From the human T2T-CHM13v2.0 reference genome, Homo sapiens, in the NCBI RefSeq assembly GCF_009914755.1, contig NC_060929.1: a DNA stretch of 64,000 bases; one strand, given 5' to 3'. The notes under the pieces were generated by a model. The model saw only the letters and a list, made by a program, of their open reading frames with translations, searched no databases and had not been told where the DNA came from. Made by a program: the position numbers and the translations under genes. Position 1 is the first letter of the stretch, and the number at the start of each line of letters is the position of its first letter. Positions 43,501 to 61,959 of this stretch are shown here, piece after piece.

Positions 43501-46500
43501 CGATGTATAGATTTACATCATGAAGAATAAAATACCACAAACATTGTTTTGACATAGTACCTTTTAAAAAGTCAAAATGTGCTCTTACATCATAGTCATC
43601 AAAGTCTCAAAAAGGAAAAAGAGTCCGTTGTCATTTATGTTGTGGATCTATTAATTTTCAAATGTTGCATCTAAAGGTGAACCTCAATAAACTAACAAAC
43701 ATTTATTTCCAGTACTAATTGATCCAATAAGTCTACATTTATCCTATTTTGTCAATTTCTCCATCTGTAACTATGGAGGGTCAACAACTGTGGTAGGAAG
43801 TATATCATAACAAGGTTTTTGTTTTTCAGTTAATGTATAAGGGAGAGGGTTGCTTTAGAATACAGCAAATTCTAACCATGTTTCAGAACAGAATTCTAAT
43901 GTATTTCTTCCATCTCTTACCAAACTTCAACACTCTACTTTTCCAGACTATCCATACAATTTAGATTTTAACTGCATTTGACATTTAATTAAGGTCTGCA
44001 AAGGTTTTGAAGATGAAATGCCATATAATCATTTGATAACAATGAAGAAAATGACTATTCCTAGCCTCTTCTTTCCTGTCTTACCAATTACAGTCCTTCC
44101 TCTTTTGCAAAATTCTTCACATTACCAATGAATTCTTACACAAATCCCCGAGTTTTATTGTGTCCTCTCCCTTTAGCAGTTTTGCTCCTAACAGAACCTT
44201 TCTTTACATAAGTTCTTAATTCACTTCTAATTCACTGAGATAAACACCATGCTTAATGCTGAATCTAAGAAGTCTTTCAGAGAGAATGTAAAATGAAGCT
44301 TCAAGATGATACAAGCCATAAACATTGCTCCTGAGTTTTCTCCATTCCCAGCTCTGCCATTATCTGACTCAGAGACCTTGGACAAACTGCTTATCTTTTT
44401 TGGTCAAGTCTCAGGTTGTTCATATATAAAATTATGGCAAAGATCCTTTCTAGCTTTAAAACTTGATGTTTCTCTATTTGTATTTTATTTCCAAACCAGA
44501 CAGACACACTGAAAGAAACTTACACTCTTCAACTATAGCATAACATTCCAGACAACTGCTTCACATGGCCCCTCCATTGCCAAAATTAAATCTGCAGGCC
44601 CCAACTGATTGTGAACTTGTGTTTCTCATCAACTGTACTCATTTTTTTTGGATCACCTGCTATAAAGCAATCTTTTTTTTTTCTAGTTTTTCTTCCCTAG
44701 GGAAATTTATGTTGGTTCCAGGCATGTGTCGACATACTCCCTTAAGACCAGCAAGCAAAAAGTTCATTTGCTTTTCCCATTGTCTCTACCATCAATAAAT
44801 TATTCTTATTTGCTCTTAAAGGTACTTCTGTCTCTTCCACTTATTCCTTACGCGCCCACTACTACAATGGGCTACCTCTGGCGCAATTTCCCTTTCAAAC
44901 TCTCCTGTTTTCATGAATTTTTAACCTATTTTGCCCTCACTCAGTAATGTAACAGCATTCCTCAGTTGCTGCGGCTTTGTCCTTCCACAGTCATCTCTGC
45001 CAACCTTGATTATACTCTGGAAGCCCTAAATCAACCATATCAAATGTCTAAATCTTGATATATCCTATTAAAGTAGAAATCAGAAACCCTTGCATCTGCA
45101 GTACGGTGAACACTGTTTCCACTAGCTTTGTACGAACTCTTCTCTCCGTACCCAAAATTTTTACCTCGTTTGCAGCCCCTAAATCAGGGGCAGGACAGTA
45201 GGCAGTTCCTGGCAAGGAAGCGGTTACCTATTTTCAAGCAAGACGGAAGAAATGCCCATCAGTTTAAGTTTGCTAACATCCCAAATACATTTTTTCCCTA
45301 GGATACAGGGACAATAAAGTTCTTCTTTACCACTCCCAAAACAAAATCCTACCAAAATTGTGATCTTCTAGATTTGCCCTAGTCAGATATATTGTCCCTC
45401 TTACAGTGCCAAATTTCTCACACAGAAATGTGCTTCCTCATTTTAGAAAAACAATATAAAAGACCTTATGGAACATAATTAAAATATTTAAATCTGTCTT
45501 AATCTACTATTTAGATACTGTAGACATCTGGTAGACCCTAAAAGACATCTAAAAGACCCCAATGTTGTTAGGGAGAAACTAGCAACATTCATGCCAGAAC
45601 AAACTCATGTTAGAAAACACTGACTTATTTCTTGTTCAAGGGAGCTGGTCCCCATTTTACAGATCCTGCAGGAACTTCAGAAAATACTGAGCAGTGCTGG
45701 ATGTTATCAATTTAACAGAACTTGCCTGTGCAGGGCACTTTCTACTTTTCAAAGCACATCTATTATCTCGGGAACTTCACAAACCTCTAGTGAGGTAGGC
45801 AGGTCAGGTATTATTCCACTTTGCATGTGAGAAATGAAGATTCACAGGATAAAGTAACCAGCTCAAAGCCACAGAATTCTTCAAAGTGGGTTCAATTTCA
45901 TAGTACAGGCTCCCAGATTTGCATGTACATATATATGTACACAAACATGCAGCCTGACACTGACGTACATGACTCATGTTTATGATGCAAACATCCTAGA
46001 ATAAAATTAGGGAAACGTTCAAATAGTCCCCTGTTGTCAATTTCCTCTAGTTCTACTATTACCCTAAGCTGCTCTCGTTTCTCTGTTTTAATACTTGGTA
46101 GGCTCCCAAGTTATTTCTACTTTTATGCTGATGGAAAAAAACGCACCAGACTATCTCATGTCACCCACTCCTCCACATCTCCCACTTCCAAACTTCTAAG
46201 AGCCTAGAAACACATCAAAGGTAATGAATGACTGAGTAATTCAAAGATTCTCCTCAGTGAATGCTCAAAGGACTGCTGATTTTCATCAATAGCACAAAGG
46301 ATATTTTGTAGAACCTTTTCCTTGAATGTCAAGGATATTTTATTAAGCTTAAGACATATCCAGGTAAAGCTAGTTCATCAAAGGTTTCACTCTCCTAAGT
46401 CTACTTGCGAGGTCCTCCTTCATCCTACACCCTGGGCAAGTCCAGCACATGGCCCATGGTCTCAAACCTACAGCAATAAGCGAGCTGCTGGCCCTTCTGA

Positions 46501-49500
46501 TCTCAGGGACGAGATTCAAAATTCTAACTAATAGAATCTAATATTCATGTAGATTAACTTTATAGTGCCTTGTACTAGGTAGGTTCCCAACTTCAAGAAT
46601 TCAATAGAATCAACTGTTTCACAAATCAGTATAGCAAAGTAATCTCTAAAGAAAGTTTAGGCATTTTAGTTTTTAATCCTACCAGTGAATTGAAACACCA
46701 ATTTCATTTCCCAGTAACAATGTAATCCTTCACTATTTAGATGATAAAACTTTGTAAGTTTTAAGGGGGGGGTGTTACATAAACACCCCCTTATGAATCT
46801 GATAAAAACTACAGACCCTATCTTTAGAAAACTACGCACTTGACGCCCACATACAATTTTACATACAATTTCATGGGGTTATGAAACCCCCAGCACCTAC
46901 CCATGAATCACAAGTTAAGAATCCTGGTGTAAAAATAACCAAAGGTATAAAGTTAGGAAAGGTGGGAAAATGAAACATAGGACCAAAAGAAAAGTTGGAA
47001 GAGGATGGAGGAGAGGACAGGAGATGCCGTAGCAGTGAGTAACTCTGGAAGTGGGTATAGGACTACGTGGCTCTGTACTTCAAAGTGCTCTCACTTCTTA
47101 CATTTCATTTGATCTTTACAGTAACTCATTCAACAAAATGGATCAGTTGTTATAGCATACCTCCCCCCACTCCCTGCCAACTTTAAAGAGAAAAAAACTA
47201 ATACTTGAATTGGTTATACAAGTTGCCCAAGGTCAAGTATCAGCACACAGCAAAACCAAGACCCAGTCCCAAGTCCTCAGGTTATTCTGTGTCATACCAT
47301 TGGCTCCTAGGGAGAGAGGGAATTCAAAGGAAACAGAAGAAAGAAAAAAGACTGGAAAGGAAGCCCAGGAAACAGAAAGGAACTGGGTGAGAATAATATG
47401 ATATAAAAAGTGAAAAGTGAAGCAAGAGAATGGAGAGGGAGATGAGGATGTAGTAGAGAAACTAAAAGGAGAAATAAGAACTTTCTGTCATCTTAAATAT
47501 TATTAAAAAAAACTGTGCCTCCAACTTCTATCTGGTTATAAAAAGAGAGTGAAAAATTATCATCTCAAATCTCAAAACCTAGAAAGCTGTAGGATACCCA
47601 ACCGGATTATGAGAACAGTAAAGAAAGAATAAAGTGGAAAGGGGTAAGGGAAAACATAAACGATGTCCCAAATAAAGAAGCAGGGTGAATTACTCTGGTG
47701 TTCTAGGAAACACGGTAGGATGAAGCCCTACAGTTAGGGCACAATTAACACAAGGGCCCTTACACACAGAGCCTTGTTAGCTCTGGACCCAAAGGGGACA
47801 GACAGATGGGGTGGTTATTTACAGTTATATTTTCCTAAAATTGAAACTAAACAACAATCTTTGCTTCTAACATTAGCCTTCCAGAGCTGGTGTGGATTAT
47901 TATTTTTTAAAATTTAATGGTTGTCAAAAGCCTGTTTTGGGTAAAGTTGATTCATAAATGTTGTTTTATTAACTTTTCTTTCTCTTCACACAAAATGAGA
48001 AATGTTTAAATGGTTATCCATGGAAACAGTAAAGCAGCTTATGCTCCAATGGGTCGACTTCGTGGAAAAAAGAAAACAATATTTCCATGGAGTGGCCTCA
48101 TGCCTAACAGAAAAGACCTCATTTATGTTTAAAAAAAAAAAAAAAATCCTGCAAGAAGGAGTAGCAGAGGGAGCAACATCCCAAAGACCACATGCAACTT
48201 CCAGAAAGTAAAAGTGACTCTGTCCGGAGTTCCAATGGATACATCACGGGCTCCAAAAGAGGTTCTAAAAAGCAAATTTGCCCGGTAGTTGTCCCTCTCC
48301 ATAGGCTACAGTTTCCTAGAGACAGGAAAGCAGGGTGCATCGGCGTGCAGGCTTTTCTTGGAAAGTAACGAAGCAACCTGGGGCTGAGTTTAGAGACCTT
48401 ATGGGCAAGAGGTAGAACATCAGCATGTACAAGATTCTGTTTGCCCCATTATTGGGTTACCGGAGTGCTGTAGTAAAAGCACAAAGGACACTGCTGAGAA
48501 CTGGCTGGATCACACTGTCAGCCAAGAAAAGGAAGGACGAATGAGGCTGAAGAGACTGCAGGGCTGCAGATGAAATATCCAGACCTATGCATCCTCATGT
48601 GGGATGAGTGGGTTCCGGCAAAATTTAAGAGGCTAATGATGGGATGGAGGGGTTGGCAGCAGCACAGCATAGCAGGTAAGTGGCACCAAGAGACAGACAG
48701 CACAATGAGTTTCCACCCTCTTTCTCTGTACAGTTACCTGTTGCGCCAGAATTTGCAGTGGTGGGGATCAGAACTGAAAGCTATATTTCTTCTTCCTCTG
48801 CCCACTTTTTGCTATGCTACTGACAGGCAGACTTTATACCACATCTTCTACAGCCATAGGCAACTTAGGTATTCCTAGAGCAATATTTCTATACGTAGCA
48901 TAAATGATTGTGAAGGCCTGTTGGATTTTTTGCATGAAACGTGTCGGAATGTGTTTTGAAAGCTATTTCTCATTACTAGCCTTACAAAGTGCATTAAACA
49001 TTCAGAATCACCGTTATTCTAAAATATACTTTTTACACAGTACAAAGAAAGCCAATCTAATCTGTCCAGGAAAAAGGGGGAAGAAACTCTTAAGGGAGAA
49101 AATACCTACAAGAAATATTAAAGCCAGTGCAACCAGATGAGTATGAGCAATTTAATTATTTGATGGCAACCTTTCACTAGTGTTTCATTTTCAGTAGCGA
49201 ATGGTACTGTGAGCAATTTTGGCTCCCCCAAAAATGTTTTATTTTATTTATTTTCAGGGCCACCTTCTGAACAGTTGAGAACAGAACACTTATGGGCACA
49301 ATTTAGAATATATTAGGTAAAACAGAAACAGACTTAAAATACTGGCTTGATCAATAAAAAGTGTTAAATAAGAAAATAAGTGGGTATTTTTGCTTTGTTT
49401 TGTGTTGTTTGCGCAGAAATACTGAATTTTTTATCAGAAAGAGGATACTTAAGAAGGAGCTACCTCCCACATATGGGTTTTCAAAGAAGAAACTGAAATC

Positions 49501-49693
49501 ATTTCTTTGAGAAAGGTGTCGTAACACATTGAGATCTCCCATCTGTCTAGTGTAATTCCAGCCTCAGAAGGCTCCACATAGAATGCTTTCCTAAAAAAAT
49601 GTCCACTCTTACAATGCTGTCTGGGCTATTATTACACAGGCTTTGTAGTTAGAGGATCACTGATTCAATTTGTGCCAAGCGCAAGGGTTCTAA

Positions 49694-50095
<402 letters not shown>

Positions 50096-50130
50096 TAAAG
50101 CAACCAAGCCAGAGGTCCACATTAGGTGAA

Positions 50131-50347
50131 AACAGGTTTCTCAACAGTGGCACTACTGATATGTTTTTGTACTAGGTACTTATTTGTTGCCAGGTCCTGT
50201 CCTGTGCATCGCACGATGTTTAGCAGCATCCTTGGCCAGTTGCAATCCCCCTATCCAATTGTCACGATAAAAAATGACTCTGGACATTGCCAAATGTCCT
50301 TGGGGAGAAGGCAGGGAGGACAAAACTCCCCCAGTTGAGAACCACTG
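50131..50347. mobile_element. MER20 DNA transposon
   Basis: tttctcaacagtggcactactga...tgtcctgtgcat...gacattgccaaatgtcc...gttgagaaccactg. Confidence 0.85.
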
Positions 50348-51022
50348 GGTTAACAACTGGCATGACTGGCAACCAAATCCCTCTGACTCCCAAGGTGCTC
50401 TTTTCATTAATGACACAAATACTTCTTGTTTTCGAGTGCATATTTTGGAACTAGGGATAACTGATTAATGCATTAAGCCACCACTAATACTGACTACATG
50501 TCAAATGATGTGATTAAAAATATCTTAAAAATCTATCTTACATATATGGAATGTCAGGCACACACAGATGAGTAAATGCACATATTATTAGCATATATAT
50601 ATATACATAAGCCTGAAACCGCAGAATCTAAGAAACAATGAGTTATTTTTGGTTGGGTAAAATATAGTAATGCCATTGAAAAGATAGTTCAGGGAGAAAT
50701 CTATCTACGAATGGTAAACTTTCTTACCAGCCTTAGAGAAATTCACTACACATTGTAGCTATATACAGAATCATCTTTTAAAACACACACACACACACAC
50801 AAGAAGGGACCTCATTGTCAAGTTGTTTAATCATCTTATTGTGAAGATAAGAAAACTCCACTCAAAGAGCTAAAGTTTCCTAAACTAAGTGCTTCAAAAT
50901 AGTGCCAGATTGCTTCTCAGACTCAGATGGAAAAAACAGACTTACAAAGGACACTCAGTTTCTACCACCAAGGGCAGCCTCTGATTTCAGAGTGCCAGTT
51001 AATTATAATATTGAGATATTAC

Positions 51023-51100
51023 CTGTTTCTCTTTTTCCGGTGTTCTCTATTAGAATTTTCTGATTCACTACCACTGCTGGTGTTACAGCGTGAACGTGAC
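51023..51100 (-). CDS. EPB41L4A: EPB41L4A coding exon ([25 protein letters not shown])
   Basis: tttgtcttcag| ... CAG|gtaata; 78 nt, phase 2-2. Confidence 0.94.
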
Positions 51101-51411
51101 CTGAAGACAAAAAGGTAAGAACAAAAGAAAAAACACACATTTATAACTCACGAACAATTTCAGAAAGGTTTATATGGGTCCTCTGGAATTCATTTTGCAG
51201 TAAAATTATCAATCCAAACATCAAGAGCTGTATTATCCCTCTCCAAGTCAGTGTTTCTGAACTCAGTAAGACATCTGACTGAGTCTATAGCTCAGGGAAA
51301 TGGCAATGCAGGGGAAATATAAAAACCGATTAAGGTGAATGTCAGTATGTTCCCAGAACGGACCGCAAAATCAATCACTTCCAACAGAACTCTGACATGG
51401 CAAAGCCGTAA

Positions 51412-51908
51412 GTCGGTGGTGGACTAAATATGGACACAAAATCTTGTAACCCTCCCATCCGCCCCACTGAGAGACGTAGAGTTTATTTCCCTATCCTCTG
51501 AATTTACACTGGTCTTGTGACTGATTTTACCAATAGAATGAGGTGGAAGGGATACTATGTCAGTTCCAGGACTAGCCCCTTAACCGACTGGTAGCTTCTG
51601 CTTCCTCCCAGCCTAAAGAAGTGTAAAAGAAGTGTCTACAGAAGTGTAAGCTAGCCAGGTGGAGAAACTATGCAGAGAGGTCCCAGGCCTCCAGCCTTTC
51701 TGCCAAGATGCCAACACGAAAGAGAAAGGCCCCCTGGATAACACAACCTCAGCTGTCATCTGACCACAGCCTCATGAAATCGTGAACAAGACGAGCTAAA
51801 AAGCTGCCTGTTCAATGGACAGAATTATACTAGATAAATAGAGTTGTTGCTGCTTTAAGCCACTGAGTTCTGCAGTGGTTTATAATATGGCAACAGATAA
51901 ATAAGACA
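51412..51908 (+). mobile_element. MLT1F/G/H-type MaLR LTR
   Basis: cttgtgactgattttaccaatagaatg...tttaagccactgagttctgcagtggttt...gcaacagataaataagaca. Confidence 0.8.
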
Positions 51909-52115
51909 GCTCCTCTGAGACACAAAGGAGCAGGAAACAGCACAGTCTTAGGATGCAACAGAATGGAAGACTGGGAATCAGCTGAAGACAAACTGGCTTT
52001 TGAAAGTAAAAAAAATAAAAAAAAATAATGCCCCCGCTCTTTCCTTAACTCTGAGCATTTCTAAATCTGCTAACCCTTCTTCCCTCTGACTGTCCTTCCA
52101 TTTTTGTTTTTTTAC

Positions 52116-52163
52116 CTCCTCCTTTGCTTAAGATCTGAATCTTCACCACTGTTATGGGCTTTC
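52116..52163 (-). CDS. EPB41L4A: EPB41L4A coding exon (KAHNSGEDSDLKQRR)
   Basis: ttttcacag| ... GAG|gtaaaa; 48 nt, phase 2-2. Confidence 0.92.
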
Positions 52164-52399
52164 CTGTGAAAACAAATGAAGACATTTAAGAAAACAGGAG
52201 ATTATCAATTGGCTAAGGAAAGCACACCAAAATGAGTTTCACTTCAGTTAACACATATTTGTCATACATTCATTCATTTGCCAAACATTTACGTCATATG
52301 TATATGCCTAACCCTACATACAACACGTCCCAGAAATATAATGTTAATAACATCACCTGGCCTCACTCTAGTGGAACCTGCAAACCGTCCGAATTCCAT

Positions 52400-57070
<4,671 letters not shown>

Positions 57071-58394
57071 GTAAAATTGAAAGCTGAGGAGTGAAAATAT
57101 ATTGTACTACCAGGAAATATGCTGACTTTCTTTTTCTAGAATAGGAACGTTTAAACAAGCAGGCTTCAGGGTCTCCATAAATTTTGAAAATTATATGCAG
57201 ATGTTTATATGTATTTAAATATGAACCTACCTTTCCCTAAGGAATGAATCCAACATTTCACCAGATCTCAGAGGGTAGTACCACCCAAAAAGGTTAAGGA
57301 CCACTATTCTGGACTCGGCCAGAATTTGATAGCTTGTATCCACCTCATGATAAACAAAATAGGAAATTTTGACATCTATTGCAAAGTGTATTATCCTGGT
57401 ATCCAAAGCAAAATATAATTTCCTATTATTAAATTTAAGTCCTTGAGATTCTTCCATGCTGATGACATGTCTTGATTTTAAATGCCAGTGTTAATCCAGC
57501 AATGTAGAGATTTGTGCTGAGTGCAAGGTAAATATGTGTGAAGATAAAAAAGACTGACAAGGACAACGACACTTATAGGGCATTCATACTGGGAAGAAAT
57601 AGAGAAGAATGTGCTTTAGTCCTTTTTATGTCAACATGCAGCAATGGCTCATTGCCTCAAAACACACGTCCCCAAAAGAGACCTGTAAGTGCATCAGGCA
57701 AAAGGCTCTATGGATGCTCAGGCAAAAAGATCCTCTTCCCAGCAAATTTAAATAGCCTTCCCCTGGAATACGCCAATGAAAGGATCCTGTATCCACTCTC
57801 CACAATTACTTCTCTGTGTTTCACAGGAAGCCAGCGGAAAATGAACCTCAGTGTAGAAGTCAAGTCTGGATTTGGGAGTGTATATGCTGCAAACTATTTC
57901 AAGCAATTATTTTGTATGAAAATATGCAAATTTAGCCATATTTTAGCAAAATGTAATTAAGCTCATTTTCAAATGTATTAAAATGACTATCTGCTCAACA
58001 TGTGTAATTATTTTATATAGGGAGTGCTGACAAATTGCACTAATTAATTAAGGGTAGAAAACTATAAAACTCTATCTACGAATAATATATGCTAAATTCT
58101 AATCATCCCTGCCACCTATGTCGCCTCAACACACAATACACACAAATGCACTTTAAAGTATTTCCCAGTGGTGTTGCTTTGGTTTTAAGTATTGTCCAAA
58201 TTGAACCAACTCTTGGTGTTCCCAAGGAGAATGCTGAGTAAGGGCTGAAGTACAGTTTATTTAAATGAGGGCTATCACTATCTCCACCTTTTTCAGATGT
58301 ACAGGCTGGGATTCCAATCCCATGTGTGCCACAGAGGACAAGCTACCATCATCTCCCTGAGCCTCAGTTTTCTCATCTGTAAAACTGAGATGGT

Positions 58395-58935
58395 GATGGT
58401 GGGCTGAATATTTTTCATTGGTACTCAGCCTCTACTGACTCATCTATAATCTACTCTCTACTGCAGAGATAGAAAGCCTGGAAATTTTATATTCCTGGAC
58501 ACTTTGCCAGCTGGGTTCTAGTTAAGAGAGACTCCAGTTAGATCTGAAGGCAGAGAACAGGAAAAGTTATTTTCCTTCTAGTTGTACCTGTGGCATCAAC
58601 TCTTGCACTCCTGAGAAGTGGGGGTTCTTTGTTCGGCTACAGTGGTGGTATCTCCAGCAGTGTCAGCAAGAGTGGTCCCTGTCTAGCATCCATCACGGTG
58701 CCTGCAGCATTGTCAGCAGCAAGCACAGGCTCAGGATTGCCTGCTCAAAGGTGGAAGCGGCTTCTGGTCTCCAGGTAACACCCACTTCTCTCTTTGCATT
58801 CCTTCAGTCCAGAGGCAGTAAAAGCAGCTAGATCTCTTGAGTTACACCACTCTCTGCTTTTTGCACCTTCAATCCTACTTATACCTTTGCACCAATTCCC
58901 TACTTAATCCCCCTCTGCTAGAATCACATCATGCC
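58395..58935 (+). mobile_element. ERVL-type LTR (subfamily uncertain)
   Basis: attcctggacactttgccagctggg... and 3' accaattccctacttaatccccctctgctagaat. Confidence 0.5.
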
Positions 58936-59376
58936 TGAATACAAATGCCATTTCCCAAAGGGTTATTATTGGGATTACATGAGATAATATAGAGCAAGCA
59001 CTTTGCTCAGTACTTGGAATATGGCAATACCAAACAAATGCCTACTATTACCCTATTATTCTGTCTAATCATTGTTGGACCTGATCTAGCACCCTCATGT
59101 CAGTCCTACTACATGAAGGTAATATAGACCCTTCTCTTCTTAACCATCAAAGGATTTCAGTGAAGTTGAACTTGGTTTCAGAAAGCTGGGGGCAAAGCTC
59201 TGGGAAACTAGCAGAAGCAAAAGGGATCAAGCAGGAAAAGGCCAGCAAGTGTGTATTAACTAGAGCATAGGTGAAAGAAGGGCTTGGCTTCCAAACCTGC
59301 AGTGTGCACAAAAAGAGTCTTGATGGTTACCTGACATCATGAACTGAAACTTCTTGTAAGTATAAAAGTCATTTAG

Positions 59377-59850
59377 GCTGGGTGCAGTGACTCATGCCTG
59401 TAATCCCAGCAATTTGGGAGACTGAGGTGGGAGGACTGCTTGAGGCTAGGAATTCAAGACCAGCCTGGGCAACATAACAAGTGAGACCCCATCTCTACTT
59501 TAATTTATACATTTTTATTTTTTTAAAAAAGGAAAAAGAGGCCGGGCGCGGTGACTCATGCCTGTAATCCCAGCATTTTGGGAGGCTGAGGCAGAGGGAT
59601 CACGAGGTCAGGAGTTCGAGACCAACGTGGAGAAACCCTATCCCTACTAAAAATAAAAAAATTAGCCGGGCCTGATGGCGCATGCCTGTAATCCCAGCTA
59701 CTCAGGGGGCTGAGGCAGGAGAATCGCTCGAACCCAGGGGGCAGAGTTTGCAGTGAGCCAAGATCATGCCACTACACTCCAGCCTGGGCATCAGAGCGAG
59801 ACTCCATCTCAAAAACAAAAACAAAAACCACAAAAACCAAAAAAAGGAAA
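59377..59850 (+). mobile_element. FLAM monomer followed by AluS
   Basis: Monomer 59377-59500, dimer 59540-59850; TSD AAAAGTCATTTA flanks the pair. Confidence 0.9.
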
Positions 59851-60215
59851 AAGTCATTTATACAATGCCAATTATGTAGGTACTCAAAATAAAACACAGT
59901 CCCTGCCATGTAGGAGTGAAAAGAATTTCACTGATGAGTCATTTCTACATCTTCCTCTCTTGTACCTGTCACACTGCCCAGCCTGCTTTGCAGAGAGGTC
60001 CAAAACTTCCAGCTAAGAACTTTTTAAATTAAGCATACACACACAAATATTATCCCTTCAAACACTCTACCCGTATAGGTAAAATGTAACAGGATTCATT
60101 TTTTTCTGTGCTTTAAAAGGCGTTTTTCAGCTAAAAAGGCTTATCTTTAAGTGTAGTTTTGTCTTCTCAGGTAGAAACACTTAATATGTTTTATATATTA
60201 ACATATACTATCTCG

Positions 60216-60551
<336 letters not shown>

Positions 60552-60829
60552 TTATTATATATTATATACTATTTTTAGACACATTATTCATAAATAGAAT
60601 ACAGAAAGCAAGTTCCTGCCAATATTTTATGAAATTATTCTCTAAAACTCTGGCTGTTTACGATAAATACTTCAGGATTCCTAACTTATTTTATGTCAAA
60701 AAGAGTAAGCTGCTTGTTATCTTGGAGAGAAACAGTAATGTCGGTATAAGAATCACCTATTATAAAGTCAGGCCTGGGACAAAATGCTTCTGTTGAAAGC
60801 TGCTAACAGAGAGATTGTGTTCCGCTTAC

Positions 60830-60943
60830 CTCCTCCTCACAGGCTGTACAGAATCATTGTCACTTCCACAGGAGGGGTTTCGGCGACGCGTGTAAGGGAA
60901 CTTTGGCGACTTAGTGCGATCACTGGGAGAATTGTAGAGTCCA
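60830..60943 (-). CDS. EPB41L4A: EPB41L4A coding exon (GLYNSPSDRTKSPKFPYTRRRNPSCGSDNDSVQPVRR)
   Basis: ttctttctctccag| ... GAG|gtaagc; 114 nt, phase 2-2. Confidence 0.94.
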
Positions 60944-61875
60944 CTGGAGAGAAAGAAAAATGGTCAAAAAGAGCCCAGAGAGTTCCTGGGGGAAAACACA
61001 CCGCAGCCCAGACCTATTCATAACTGCACAGCTGGTACTTCCAGAGGCACATGCACCAGGGGCACGTGGTTCTCTTTGCTGACAAGATTTATTAAAAGAA
61101 AAGAGGTAAGATCTGGCAAATCAAATCATAAAGGTCATTATTTTGCAGGAATGCCATTTGTCTCACTAGCCTTCAGTAGTAAAAAATGAACACACACAAA
61201 TAACAATAACAATTCATACATATGATGAATTTAGCCCTTTCTAAACACTGACTCAGCTAAAGACTTTACATTCATTATCTCAGCTAATCTTCATATCAGC
61301 CTTCAGCACTGAGATACAACTATTAAACCTATTAAACAGAAAAAAAATTGAAATATAGACTACTTAATTAAGTGGCCCAAATAAAGTAGCTAGGAAGTGG
61401 CAGGGCTAGAATTTGAACTATAAGTTACAACACAGGTCTGTCACTGGTTTGGTAGTTGTGACCAGAGATACACTAGACATATCCATATTTTTAGGAATAA
61501 AGGTCTTCCAGCATAACTATTCATCAGCTATAGTTTTTGACTTAAGTTTTTAACCAAAACTATGAAATGGGGAAAATTATTAATATGCCATTTAGAGTTT
61601 TCAGAAATATATTACCTTACAGGCAATTTCATAATATTTCCTAGGTTTCCCTTTTGCCTTTCCAGGAAAAAGTTTCATGTTATAAAACATACTGTTGATT
61701 TCCACTTCAGAAATCCCAGCCCCTCTCCCCTGGGTCACATTGATTTAGAGTCTGCCCACTTTATCCACAGCTAGCTGTGATCAGCCACCCAGCAGCTGGA
61801 TTCCTTTATTCAATGAGCTGCATGTACTAACCCCTTTTCTACTGTCTCCTTTATAAAAACAATGATTCCCTTTAC

Positions 61876-61959
61876 CTCTGGGGGCCATTTTCTTCCCACG
61901 GTGCATGAGATTTGCTTCTTTGGGTATCAGGGCTATTTTCATTCTTTGCTTTCTTAAAG
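61876..61959 (-). CDS. EPB41L4A: EPB41L4A coding exon (FKKAKNENSPDTQRSKSHAPWEENGPQ); upstream FERM exons lie outside the window
   Basis: GAG|gtaaag donor joins in frame to the 60943 exon; acceptor aaattaaag| is atypical; 84 nt, phase 2-2. Confidence 0.85.

Noticed and set aside
57538-57960. 140-aa plus-strand ORF in unique-looking intronic DNA
   Set aside because: GTG start, no recognisable homology, splice or promoter context
61051-61068. GCACCAGGGGCACGTG as a third CTCF site
   Set aside because: One G short of the core spacing, so the 3' half misaligns; only a lone E-box remains
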